From Chrysomallon squamiferum (Eukaryota; Animalia; Mollusca): a stretch of 64,000 nt of DNA. Location of the stretch: the NCBI GenBank assembly GCA_012295275.1, contig CM022674.1, forward strand, positions 9,920,001-9,984,000, given 5' to 3'. Under the pieces are notes generated by a model that saw only the letters and a list, made by a program, of their open reading frames with translations, was not told the DNA's origin and ran no database searches. Shown here piece after piece: positions 50,101 to 64,000 of this stretch. The translations under genes were made by a program, and so were the position numbers. The stretch's first letter is position 1; each line of letters begins with the position of its first letter.

Positions 50101-53100
50101 AATATGTTTTACTAATAGCTAATACAAATAGTATGAGAATATATTTTCTGTTGTCACTTTTATTAATTATTGTTATAAAATAAACAGAACATTTACCATT
50201 TAAACTGATAAAGTGACACTGTTAAGAAATGGAACTAGGTGAATTTTTGTTCTGGTTTTACATTAGTATATCTCAGATATAGGTCAGCTCATTCTCTATT
50301 GACTTATTCAGTTGTGTTGAGGATCAGTCACTTTGCAGGGTGCAAAAATTGCTGGCATTGAGTATCACCCAAAATTAGTTAAATTTAATTAGAAAATAAC
50401 TCATCAGGTTAAAATATTTTATAAATCAGTATTTAATTTTGAAAACTTGAAACAAGAATATATTAACAGGATAATAATCTTGAACAGTTTAAAATGTGGC
50501 TTTTTTTCTACTTAGAAGAAAAAATGTCAAAGAACTGATCTGTATATATTATTGTTAAACAGATTTGCCTTATATTCAGTCTTGAGTTGTTTAGAATTGC
50601 TTTTTATAAATTATTATTTTGGGTGTATGAATCTGTGTGTGTAAAGAAATTTCTGATTGGATTTGGTTCTTTCAAGTAATATTTAGATAGGTAATTATAT
50701 TAAAATGTTAATTAATTAATTTCCTTCTTTTTTTATCTTTTTTTAAATTCTTTTATCTTTTTCCATTTTATTTTAATATCATTGACATATTTTGAAAATG
50801 ATGAAATATTATAAACATTGATATGTGATAGAATTTTCTGTGACAGATTTAAAAAAATTAATATACCTACTTGTCTATTTTCTATCTTAACTAGTGCCCA
50901 AGAATTGTTTCTAAACATTACAATATGAGTTTTCCTGACAGGAGAATCACATATCTGCTACATGTATAGAGAAAAGCCAATAGAATGATGGAAGTCATTC
51001 TTATATAAAAAAATGTTTAATGGGTGACAACGGGAAAGCTGTCAATGAATATTCATGCTCTGAAATGTTCTTAATTTTCAAATAGAGAAAGAAGAAAGCC
51101 ATAAATAAATAAAAATAATCTTTCAAACTATTTTTTTTTTTTTTTTTTTGTGATAGTTAAATTAAAATATTAAACTGAAATAAGTATAAAGTATTTTAAT
51201 GGGGTTTGGGTTTTTTTTTTTTTTTGACTAAGTAGCAAGAGAATAATTTTATGTAAAAATAACATGAAAGTTTTTAGGATGTCCATAATGTTTATTAATT
51301 TTTACTTTTGTTTTCAACTGTTTATATTAATAACAATAAAAAAAATAATCACAGACATTTATTTATTAATTTTGTGACATTTAAGCTAGTAATAGACATA
51401 GTGTATTCTTGTTATGTTAACAAGTCAGATAAAGTAGCACAGTGTGTGTTTTGCTCACGGATGCTGTAACTGTGCAGTTAAGCACATATCTTGGGAAGTC
51501 TAGAGAAAACATGAAAAATAAGCACTCAGGCTAAGTGGAAAACTGACATGTTGATACTCACACCTGCTAATAAATTAAGTCTAACTAGATGTAAGCAGTT
51601 AGAACATTATGAATCACTATCTTAAACCTCGCTGCTTTTTCTCGTTAGCAGCAATTTTATTGTTGTTGTAATGCAACCATTTTTGTTGTTGCTGATGTGG
51701 TCATGATTTTGTTACTGTTTGTGTAATTAATGTTGTTGGTCTTGATGTTGTTGTTGCTTGGCAGTTTACTTACATCAGTGAAATTTTCAGTTGGTTTTAT
51801 GGATAAGAAACTACAAACTTATTACTGTTGCTTCATTGTGGTCTTTGTTGTTGGTGGCAGTAGTGCAGTGATGTTGCTACTTTTTAATCATTTATTTATC
51901 ACCATAGGTAATTTAATGGTTGATTTAAAGATTAGTAATATTTATTTATTCTTTTTAATCTTGTATAACAAAACTATTTTATTACAGATCTTAATGGCAG
52001 TAGCTGGCTTAATGACTAGAAAGACAAATATTCTTGATATTATATCTTACATAAAATTATCATTACTTAAAAATAAAAATACAAAAATTCAGGTCATTGA
52101 CTATGTTAGATGTATGAACATATTAAGCTGTGTTTTTAGTCCAACAATAAATATATCTTAATATATTTCATATATTCCTGTCTTACAGTTATCGATATTG
52201 CAGGGGTTCTTTTTTTTTTTTTTTTCTTTTTTTTTTCAGGTGAAAACAAAAATGGTTTATGTATTGTGCATTGTTTCAGTGAGAAAATAAATGTATACAT
52301 AATTTGCACCATCCTGGCTGCAGTCTGCTGTTGCCTGCAGCAGTCAGCATTCTTGGAGCATTGCTGCAGAGTTTTGATTTCATTTTTTATCTTTTTATTT
52401 TTAAAATCTTTATTTTATTTATTTATTTATTTATTTAGCTGTGTTTTTATTTTATTTTTTTTATTTTTCTGTTTTCTGTGTCATTGTTATGTGATTCAGT
52501 TCTGGTGTAAAATACTGAAAGTTGAATTCTGACTTTAATTTATGTATTTATAATGTTCATCTTTGCTTCTATCAATTTCCAGTGTTACATAAAATATACC
52601 ATATTTATTTAAATTGATTTTGAATATATATAATCAAGGAAACAACAGGCTCATGAACAGGTTGTTTTGATGTTCCGGTGATATATGTCATTTTACACAC
52701 TGTCAGTTACATGAACAAAATTCCATCATGCATCTCATTACCAATTCATTTGAGATATATATTTATATATATGTATATAAAATGCATAATGAAAAACTGT
52801 ATAAAATATAACTTATGTTCTGGACTTTCATGATGGCTCAGTTATAGCATAACTGTTTTAATTTAAAGTCTGCTTCAGTTTGAGAACAGACACTTGAGAT
52901 CAGGTGCTTCGCTCAGTTCAGCTCTTGTTGAGACTAAGAATTGACTCTTCTAGACAATTGAGGAGTGTTTTCACTTTTCCCGACTTTCACAAAATACAGT
53001 GGTTCTTGTTCAAACTTAACAACCACTGAGATGGAGAATTTTCAGTTCACTAACATGGCAGTTAGACTTTTGACTGGAATGGGAAATAATGAAAATTGCA

Positions 53101-55629
53101 AATGAAAACACCTAATTCTAATAGTTATAATTAACTTTGACATGGAATAAATGTGTTCAATAAGTTTATATATTTATATACATCTTCAAAAACATTTAAA
53201 TCAAAATGACACATTTCAGCTATTATAAATTTTTGATTACTGTTACATGAATCTGCTACGGTGTGCAAATTTGTTTATTGTTAATAAATATGTAAAAATT
53301 AAAAACATTTTAATTATGGACACAGTAATGTCTGTCTGTGTGTGTTTATGCAAGAATTTCTAGCTCTCTACTGCATATATTTATCTTAACTGTGACATGA
53401 ATTTGAAACATAATACATTATTCAATTTAGCTCACTAAAAAGTGATTCAACTTCAAATTGAATACTAGCTTTTCCATTCGTTCCGCCAAGGAAACTTGAT
53501 TTGTTCTGCATCAGGGGCTTGTCGATAAATGTTACGCTCAAGCAGGTATGAATATTCTGCGTCACACATGATGTGAAAAAAATATTTCTCTAAGAAAAAG
53601 AACCTGATAGCAGTAAACCCGTTTTTACTTAAGTCTTTTTACATGCTTGGAATCTGAAACCAACTTAATGATAAAATGTTTTCCCAGAATGCCATTCCAT
53701 TGTGATTTGCACATACTGCAATTGTAATTTAACTAATAAATTAGTATTTAAAAGAAAATAAGGATGAACTTCATTATACAGTAATTATTACTAATAATTT
53801 TTTACTATAATACTATAGTGATTTTAAAGTACTTGCAGATAAAGTAATAAAAACTATCTTTTGTAACTTAGTTTATTTGGTGGTCAAATAGGAAGAAAAA
53901 AACTTATTCTGAAATTGTCTCTGAAAATACCAGCGACATGATAAAGTCTACTGTCAAACACTAATGCAAACAAAAATAAAAACTACTATATTTATTTCAC
54001 TGACAATATAATTTACATTTTAAAAACAAAAAAACCATGAACCATTGTCATATATTTCTTGTGTATGTGTGTGTATTAATAAGAATAATATTCAATGGTA
54101 ATGATATTTTAATATTCTAAAACATTAATAATCATTACTGTGAAACAAAATTTCATAATTTGTCCTCCTTTTATAAATGAAGGTAGCCATTGTAGCTTAA
54201 CGAGTAGTCAACATTGTATGTGCAGTGGGGTGGTAACAGAAGAATGTGCTTTAGTTTTTTATCTCACTGATTAAATTGTGTTCAGCCCCAGCGCTCTTTC
54301 ACGCCTCACTTCCAGGCAAACACTCTTATATCTAGACTTAACACAGTTCTCTCAGTTTATTCAGTCATACTCTATATATCAGTTACAGTTTAGTCTCATT
54401 TATAGATTAAATTTTGCACTTACGTACTCTATACAGCTGTGTTTTAACCTCAACCTGGCAAAAACAGTTTACTTTTAGACTTAACAGTCTTTATGTCAAA
54501 CCTATTCTTTCTCTGTGTATGTGGGGGTATTGGAAATACATAATCAAGTATTATAGGTATGACCACCTGCTGCTAGGCAATATGATTGTTACCTGTCAGT
54601 AACAAGTTTTCTTTTATAAACAAATTTTCTAAGACAAGAAACCTGCTATTTAGCAGCAAGAGATTTTTAATAATTGTGAATTCTCCTGAGAGAGAAATCT
54701 TGTTTTGCCACTCGACAGTGGAATAAAATATAAATTTTAAAAGTGTGAGTACTTATTTAAAATGGTTGGATTTTGTAAAAAAAAATATTATAACAATCAT
54801 TTTCAATATAAACTAATTCAGGATACAGCTCATTAAAAAAACATGATAAATTTTAAATGGGAACGATTTTATTAATGATTATTATTGTCATAACAAACAT
54901 GAAATGTCCTACTGCGTTTACAGTGATATTGTTACATTTCAGCTACATTTCTATGCTAGTTACCTATAAGATCTTATCAGCATCTCTGATTCCATGTGCC
55001 ACTTTTACCACCTAGCAGCAAGAAACCTTTTATAAGCATCCTTCAACACAGGAAACCTGTAACTGTTACTGACAAGCAACAAGACAATTTTTTTTTTTGT
55101 TCTGTCCTAGAAAACAAATCTGATGCTATGTATACCAGTTAGTCAGTGATCTTTTGTAAGCATCTACCTACAGCACATATAACAGTTTTTAACACAGAGA
55201 CATGACCCAAACCTAACAATGAGATTACTTCACATTCTGGAAAAAACTACATTAATTTTCTTTTACTAGTTTAGTTATGAAGTGGCGTACATTTTTTGTT
55301 GCAGCATGAATATAAAAAGTAAGGCTGCCTAGTGTTATTAAACATGTGAACTGAATCATTTTCCAGATGAATGCTCTGCTGAACATGAAATATATATATA
55401 ATGAACTGGCAGATTTATTGTTGCATTTCCACTTAAATAATCACTGAACAGTTATCTTCACATAGCCAAATGTTGTGAAAAAGAAAATATAATATACATA
55501 CAAACATAATTTTAATTCATTTTTTTGTTTTAATATTTAGTGTTGAGCTTTGTATCAGTTGTAAATACATTTATATATATTAGCAGATTTATATATAAAT
55601 ATATTTTAATATAATAAAGTAAAGAATGA

Positions 55630-56110
55630 AAAAACTGATGGGTTGATACTAAACTACATTACACAAGACTATATAGTATATTAATTTAATATAAGAAAAA
55701 TAATGGATTGATATTAAAACACTAAAGAAAAAAGACTACAGTAAAATAATTGTTTGACAGAAGAAAAAAATAAAAACTTATGATATTAATTCATAGTAAG
55801 AATACAAACTGTATAGTAAATTAACTAATATGTAAAACTCCGTGCATTAATGGGTTGATATGAAAAAGAAAACATTGTAAAGTAATGGGTTGACAACACT
55901 ATACACACAAGACATTGCAATAAATTAATTAGTTTAATATGAACAAACACTAACTATTTAATATTAAAACACTATATAAGCAAGACTATAGTTAATTAAT
56001 GGTTTGATATGAAAAACACTGAACTAATTTATTAAAACACTATACCAAAACTGGCGTAGATTAATTGTTTGACATGGAGAGGCATTAAACTGATGGTTGA
56101 TGTTAAAGCG
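55630..56110. repeat. Degenerate minisatellite
   Basis: Recurrent ATGGGTTGATA..AAAACACTA...CAAGACTA motifs. Confidence 0.6.
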
Positions 56111-57145
56111 CTGTACAGTATTTTAATTGTTTAGGGGTTTAATTAAGGGTTCTTAATATCTGAGTTAAAAATTATCTCTGATATTTTCTAATTTGCATTT
56201 TTTTTCAGAGATGTTGCTATTTGGATATGAATATAGTCCAAGCATTTTACATGAACTCTAATTAAAACATGGGCAAAATATTAATCTTTTTCTCTGTTAC
56301 AGACAACATAAATACAGACTGTGATATCAGCAAGCTGTGATAACTTTATCATTTTTCAGCGACTAACATTAAAAGATATAAAATAAATGTGTAACTGCAC
56401 TTATTCAGGTCATTTTAATATATGTGTAGAATATACAGTTCATTTTTTTAATTCATTTTTTTAATATATATGGGATATTCATTTACATTTTTCTAATATG
56501 TGGAATATAAAACAACATCTTGCTTGTTTGACTGAAATATTACTTATATTGTAATTTTAAACCAATATTTTATTTTATTTTATTTTATTTTATTTTTTAA
56601 TCTTTTTTAATGGATGATTTAGGTTATATGGTATAATGAATAAAATGGACTATGTAATAGAGAGTAATGTGTGTGTGTATGTTAGAAGATTATTAGGATA
56701 ATTAGATGAATATGCTGAAAATAGTAACTAAATTGAAGTATATAATCTTTGTTTGTAGATCCATTGTTACATAAAATGCATTATCTTCATGTAGTTAAAT
56801 CTGATTAAAAATGCAAACTCTTTAATGTTAGCGTAATATGATCAAGGTCACAGTGTATGAGTTGTGTTACAATTATATTTTCTTTTTGACTTCATGCTGC
56901 CATGGTCTTGGAATATCTGCCCATTATGTAGTTTCATAGCTAAAGTTAATTGTAGAGAGCAGGAGCTATATTTAGCACAGCATAGATTAATATTTTTGAA
57001 GACAAATATGGCAGTTATATCACCTTTACTTACTTGCATAAAATAGTTCTTCAAAATTTGTTCATATTTATTTTATTTTATTCATTTTTTATTCATTTTT
57101 CTTTTTCTTTCTATTGCTTTATTATAATTAGTTATTTTTTTTATA

Positions 57146-57185
<40 letters not shown>

Positions 57186-57276
57186 TTTCATATTTTTTTT
57201 AATTGATACAGAGATAAAATGGATCATAAATATGAGCATATTTATTTTTATTTTTTTATTCATTTTTTTTTATTGC

Positions 57277-57329
<53 letters not shown>

Positions 57330-58853
57330 TACATATTTTTTTCTTTAATTGAAACAGAGATAAATTAGATCATAAATATGAGCAGGTAAAGGAAATTGTT
57401 CTTGCCAAAATTTAAACATAGGCACAGATGACCTAAATATATTTTGTATACTTCCAAGTTATTGTTATTGTAAAATGTCAAAACAAAATCACAATGCACC
57501 TGACAGTAAATCATTGCAGCAACTGCTAATTCTTAGTTTATCAGGAATTTACAAAATGATGTCAGTATAAAAGAAAAAAGAAAATATCTGCCTTCATACA
57601 GGTTTGTTCTCAAACTTGTTATGTTGTAGTCAGCCTTTTTATTTTTTATTTTATTAGATCTGTTATGATTTATTTATTTATTTATTTGATTTGATTTGAT
57701 TTTGGGGTTTTTTTAAAATATGTTTTTATTAGCCACAGTTTAAAAAAAACACACAAAAAAAGCAACAACAACAAAAGCTGTATTTAAGTTATATCACAAA
57801 TTAATTTATTGTAAGAATTTAAAAATAGACTATACAGTGAACCTTGTAATAGGAACAATGAGAGAATTGTCTGAGAGCAAGTCAACCTTCCAGGTGAAAT
57901 AAAAATTTGATTAACTACTTTCCTACGCCAATGTTGTTGCTTCCATTCTGCACAAATTAAAATCTTATTACTGGCATGCTAAATTGTTAACTGCAAATGT
58001 TTTGCTTGGAACCTTGTTACATATTGTTGTGCAGGATTCAGAATACTACACCATTCTAAAATATATAGCATATACCTAACCTTTGTTTTGTTGTTAAATT
58101 TTTTATATTTTTAAAGTAATTAAAATTTAAATTAGCTTTAAAATTCAGAGTATAATGAGTTTTTTAATACATTTGATAAAATTTGTATATTTAATAGCTT
58201 TGTTTTTATTTTTTCCAGTTGCAGATTTATACCAGTATGATTTACAAAAAGAATGAATGTGAGTATTATTAATTTTGTTGTGTGATATGCAGACTGAATT
58301 TGGGATTATTAGCACATTAAGAAATATTTAGTAGATAGTGCTAAATAACAAATATCATACTTGATAAGATAGAACCATAACACTGAATGCTGAAGAAAAT
58401 AAATCCTTCAGTCTTAGAAAAAAAAACATTTAAAAAATTAAAAACTTGAAGTTTTGTTGAAGACACTTTGTTTTAGCAATACATAACCTGTGAGATATTT
58501 TAACTCTTTGGTGGGAAAAAAAAAATAGTTTACAAAATGTATTCAGACTATTTATTCTTACCACCAGTCTTAAATGCATGTTTTCTGGTTGTTTCATTTA
58601 TTTTGACCCAAATCATTTTAGTGAAATAGATATGTCATTGTGTTTTCTAAATGCCCAGGGTTGTGTTATAGGTATACATGAAATTTTCAGTACAGCACAT
58701 TTATCCATGTATTTTCAAACTAGAAAGTAAATGTGAGATATCAAAATCCAAAATAAATATGTATATACACACACACAATATATTGCACATGCACTCTCAA
58801 ACACACAAACATTTTTTCATCTAATACATATATAAACCAAATACAGTAGTAGT

Positions 58854-58905
<52 letters not shown>

Positions 58906-59234
58906 GATGCAGTTTATGTGTATATAGTCTCAATAAAATAAAATGGCATAGATTATTATCTATCTACCTATATTATTATACTAACCACTGTTACCTGATT
59001 TTATTTCTTATGCAATATGAAGGCTATTTTTTAATTTGTTGTCTTTTAATTAATTTATTTATTCATTTATTCATTTTTGTTTTTATCTGATCATCTTGTA
59101 CGTTTTGCTTAAATATTAATAGTGCTTAGTTTAGTTTCTTATAGTGAAATGAAGAGATTAGAAGTTTGATCAAATCTAGTTTGTATGATGTACTTAAAAA
59201 CTTTCAAAAATTAATTGTAAAGTGGAATTAACTA

Positions 59235-59670
59235 CCAGTGACTGGCAAGCCTACACTGATACAATAAGTGTTGGGCCTACATTAAAACAATGACAAAGAG
59301 GCCTAAGTTAAATAATAACTTTAAGGACTATGTTAATACAATATCTAATATGCCTGCATTAGAATAATAACTGATAAACCTATATAACAACAGTAACTGA
59401 TAGCCTACATTAAAATAATAACTGATAGGCCTACACTAATACAATCACTGACACGCCTAGATTAAAATAATAACTGATATGATCACATTAATACAATATC
59501 TAACACACCTGCATTAGAATAACAACTGATAGGCCTACATTAATAGAATCACTGCTAGGCCTACATTAATACATTAATACAATCAATGCAGTTAATACCA
59601 TCACTGATAGGCCTATATTAGAACAATAACTGAGAGGCATACATTAGAAGAATAACTAACACGCCTAGAA
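59235..59670. repeat. Minisatellite, about 23-bp unit
   Basis: AATAACTGATAGGCCTACATTA(A/G)-type unit repeated many times with variants. Confidence 0.88.
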
Positions 59671-60479
59671 TGTTTATTCTTTTTTAACCCGTTGTTTACT
59701 CACATTTCAGTGACAATGAATAAATTGCTCTAATCAATTTGTGATTATAATTACTTAAGTCAGGAAAATGGTTTTATAAAGAAATTTGTTAGTATTGAAA
59801 AAAATGAAATTTTACATTAACTGGCTTGATACATTGATTTCATTATTACATTCCTCATTGTTAGTGTCTTGTTCTTGTTCTGCCTTGTTTACTGTTTTTA
59901 AATATTTTCTCTCTGGACATGTCATCGTATTCACGAACGATGCTTAACTAATTCATGCAAGACTTGTACAGGCAAAATGCAGTTTAAAATATCTGTGTGT
60001 AGTATTCTGTATTGATTTGTAATATGATATGTATGTCAAGACATTGCCGACTCTTTTAAATTAATTATTTTAAACGTACTTACCTTTCAGTTTGTGTAAG
60101 CTGCAACCTGGCAAATTTATAACATTATAAACCATGAAAGAAAAGTTCCAAGATTGAGTTTTTCTTTTTCCTTTCTTTCTTTCTTTCTTTATCTATTTAT
60201 TTATGTATTTATTTATTTATTTATTTATTTATTTATTAAAACCTTTTTTGGTTGTATTTTATTTTATTTTCAATTTTATTTTTCTAAAACATGTTGATAT
60301 AATTAACAAATAGATAATAATCATAAATTAGAAAAATTTTAATAAGTGTATTATATTTAATATCCTATTTAGCAGATCATAACCAAATCAGAATTTGTGT
60401 TTTTCAGTTTTTAATTGTTTAATTTTAGTGTCTTTGTCAGGGTATCTTGTCTACTTTGTTGTTTTTTAAATATCTTTCA

Positions 60480-60525
<46 letters not shown>

Positions 60526-63500
60526 GCTTTTCCTTTTACTGTCTCTCTCACTGTTTGTCTTTTGATCTGTCTCTGTCTACCTCCACTCACAAGCAGAACT
60601 GTTATCAGCATCTCATTGGTTTATTTATGTGTATTATTTTATTTTTTAAATTAGATACAACATGGACTGTAAGCTTATGTAAAGATTACCTGTTAATATT
60701 GATATCTTGAAAAATGTATGCTCATATTAAATGATACCCATTATGATCAGTTTCAATCTGATTATTTTTAAATTTTAGATGGTATAAAATATAAAAATGA
60801 AAATTACCATTTTTTTAAATTGTTATTTTTTTCAAAATACCTGAATATTACTTAAGCATTTTACCATATTTTCTTCTCAGTTTTTTGTTATTTAGTAAAT
60901 TTAACTGTTTTATTTGTTATAAGATATGCTTTGGAATTGTTTGTGAAGTAAAAAAACCTACAAATTCAATTATACATTTTTATTTAGATAATCAAATTTA
61001 TTGGTTATCGGCTGTTTTAATAGAACTTTTATAAAATAAAAATTAAAATGGTAAAATAAAATTAAAAACTCAGAACGTGCAGTACAAGGTAATATTGTGT
61101 TGAAATGAATATAAAGAGTTGTGAAAGAATCTTATAGTGGATGTATTTTTCTCCTGGAGATGACTTTTCATGCCTTTGTAACCAAACCAGGCCGATGCTA
61201 ATTGTCCGTGGCAAGATAACAGCACAGCGCTGATTAAAACCAGTATAATGAGCCAAACCATGCAGTCATGAAATGATGATTCCAGAATCTCTACATAGCT
61301 GTAGTGAGAGAAAAAAATCTGAAAATACTAAATTTATACTTTTTTTTTTTTAACCTGCAATTTATTATTTTCTAGAATCACTATATTTTTTTGTTATTAT
61401 TATTTAATGCATGGCGATGCATTGCTGTGTGTTTTTAAAATGGAATATGGAGACTGACAGACAGCGGTGGGCAGTGCGTGATGTAGTAGAAAGCCAGTAA
61501 TGGAACACACTTTCCATGTGGCTGATCTTCATGATTGACTGCCTTTCAAATGCAGCCTGGCTATTTCCCAAGTCTGTTCATGCAGAACAGCATGCTATTC
61601 GGTAACAAGTCCATTATACTGATCTCCAGCGGAATCGCCTAAAATGTAGGACAGGGAGGACGTGAGTTTTAGTGAAAATGTGTTTAAAGAGATGACTGAA
61701 TCATACACATGCGTTTCTTTGAAGCATGACAGGTGTGACCGAAACCCTAGTGTTCTCATTAGCTCATTATGTAAACATCAGCAGGCTGACCTCTTATTCT
61801 GACCTTATTTGTTATCTGTTTACCCCCTGAGTCAGGCTATCACATTGTGCACTGTGTTTATTCATGCATTAAGCAAAGAGGAGAACCAAATGCTGAAGAA
61901 CCGCCTGACTGCCTCCAGTTAATCATCGAAGCCAGCAGTTATTGGAAATTGGGTCTGTGTTTTTTTTTTCTCTCTTCACCAGGTCTGCATCTGTTTGTGA
62001 ATGCAGATGGAAGAATATAAGCGAGTTGTGAAGCAAGCTTGGTGCAGAAGAGAAAATCAACCATGCCTGGCTGTCCCTGCTGATAACATATCACGTTACT
62101 TGTATTTGGATCAAGAGACATTGTATTCAACTAATCTGAACCTGCTATAACGCCTCACTGAAACAATCAACAAAAGACGTGTCACGGTGCTGAACAAATG
62201 CAGAATTATTGGTATTTTACAGATTTTTCTCATTTCTGTTGTTTCAAACATATTAATTGTTAACTGGCATTTGTATACTTTCACTGTAATGCAGTTCAGA
62301 TTTTTTGTTTTTGTTTTAGCTGTATATGTAAGTAAGTGTGTTAATATATTGTTCAGGTGATATATATCTTATTTCTGTATAGATTTAAATTTATCGTTTT
62401 ATTTTTGTTTTCCTTTGGAGTTGAAGTAGAAGTAACATATTAACTAATTTTCAAATTTCTGTGTTATCTTTAAGAATTATTGCTGATTGTATATTATTTA
62501 AAAGTATTTTAATTGTTTAATTATGACTTTAATGGAAATGACTGAAATTTGGGAAGAACTGGCTAATGAGTCTAAGCTTACGTGATCTTTTAACATACAT
62601 ATACACTTAGATATATTAAAAAGGCCTTCCAGCTTTATTTGTATTACATGTATAATTCAGTTATCTGACTTTCCTTCAAGTTTACACATTTCACATTTAG
62701 GTTAGATTATATTTTATATCGAAATCAGCAGAAAATTTATGTTCTTACTTTAAATAACTTAGGCTAAATCAGAAAAATGGTGAGTTGAATTCATAACATG
62801 ATTATTATTTCTTAATTTAATTTTATGCATATATAGAAGAAAACTAATATTTGAAATAATGAAATTTATTTTCTTCATATAATGTTAAAACTGGATATTG
62901 TATCTATAATAAATTTGGTTTGAAATTATACCTGAACAGTAAACAAATGCACAATCATATATTTACATACATACCAGAATACAAATTCAAAAATGTGCAC
63001 ATACAGGTAGGTACAAAATGCACACACACACGTAATATATTACACACACATTTATACACCATATAGCACACATATACATTATGTGGAAATACAGACAGGT
63101 ACAGTTAAAAGACATAAACCAGATACATTATACTTGTACACTAAGGATCAAGAAATGTGTGTCAGTTAAATTGTGAGTCATTTCAGTCTCACAGTTACAT
63201 CCTATTAGGGAACAATGCTGTTAGGTACAATTATGCTGATCAGTTAACATTTTTAATAAAAACAAAAACTCCTTTTATCTTACTAAGTAATGGTATTGTT
63301 GACAAAACAGTAGAGTAATTATATTTAGTCACCAATAAACATTTAAATTATATCCAACTAATTGCATAATTATATATGTAATCACACACACACACACACC
63401 TTGTGCATGTGTAACTAGTACTCAATTTTTTAGTGTACCTTGATATTTTTTTTACACTTGTTTACTTCATCTCAATTCCATATAATTCTTCTTTCTCATC

Positions 63501-64000
63501 TTTTTTTTTTTCCCCTTGACATCTGTTTATATTTATTCTGATGCAGTAAACCTTTGTTTTCTGTTAACAAAATAAGCTTTTTTTAACACCCTGATTTCTG
63601 TTATTATGATCAGATGAATTATTTTCATTTGGATATGCAATATGTGATTTTTATGATACTTGTATTACTTCAGATTGATGCAGATTACATAATTTTTCTA
63701 AACCCCATATTTTCAATTATAATCTCAAATTTTCTAATACTTACACATTATATTTCTGGTGAACAGCATGTGCATTAGATTTTAATATCTTACTGATACA
63801 GAAAAAAGAAAAATTCAAAATAAATTATATACAGATAAATTAGAAGTTAGTATATAGTATATAGTATATTTTATTATCATGAAATAGATGAAAAACTTGC
63901 TGTCAGTACTCTTACCAGTAAGTGATAAACACCTTCTCATAGAAAGGAGATTATATAGATCTGTCATCAATAAATTCTGGTTGGAAATGGAAACAGCACA

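Noticed and set aside
51730-52532. Hydrophobic ORFs of 143 and 88 aa
   Set aside because: Composition follows (GTT)n and T-rich DNA; no motif or homology recognised.
59235-59670. Regular short repeats superficially like a CRISPR array
   Set aside because: Head-to-tail degenerate units with no unique spacers, no cas genes and a eukaryotic context.
61274-61322. ATGATGA...CTGA as a possible C/D snoRNA
   Set aside because: Only about 50 nt, no convincing terminal stem and no recognisable rRNA guide.

Overview
AT-rich, microsatellite-rich metazoan DNA with spliced genes; gene and repeat content suggest a lophotrochozoan, probably a mollusc (inference). From left to right: (1) Two tandem 3-exon genes (about 1.7-3.6 kb and 8.0-9.7 kb) for secreted, probably GPI-anchored Ly6/uPAR three-finger (quiver/sleepless-like) proteins. 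They are almost identical except for clustered amino-acid changes in the central loops, and copy 1 carries a second, truncated version of exon 3. (2) Around them, a decayed Tx1/L1-clade LINE, three 5'-clipped U2 snRNA-derived copies and a Tigger/pogo deletion derivative. (3) A 1.3-kb foldback element flanked by TTAA (Kolobok-like). (4) A C2H2 zinc-finger gene with one coding exon and an Ikaros/Hunchback-type C-terminal finger pair. (5) A small 4-exon secreted-peptide gene with a CxxxC...CxC (CS-alpha/beta-like) core, missed by the ORF track. (6) A complete 20-exon class IA PI3K p110-alpha gene (PIK3CA, about 1054 aa, minus strand). (7) About 22 kb with no recognisable protein coding that looks like the long 5' introns of a divergently transcribed gene. 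All alignments and exon boundaries were made by eye, without tools.
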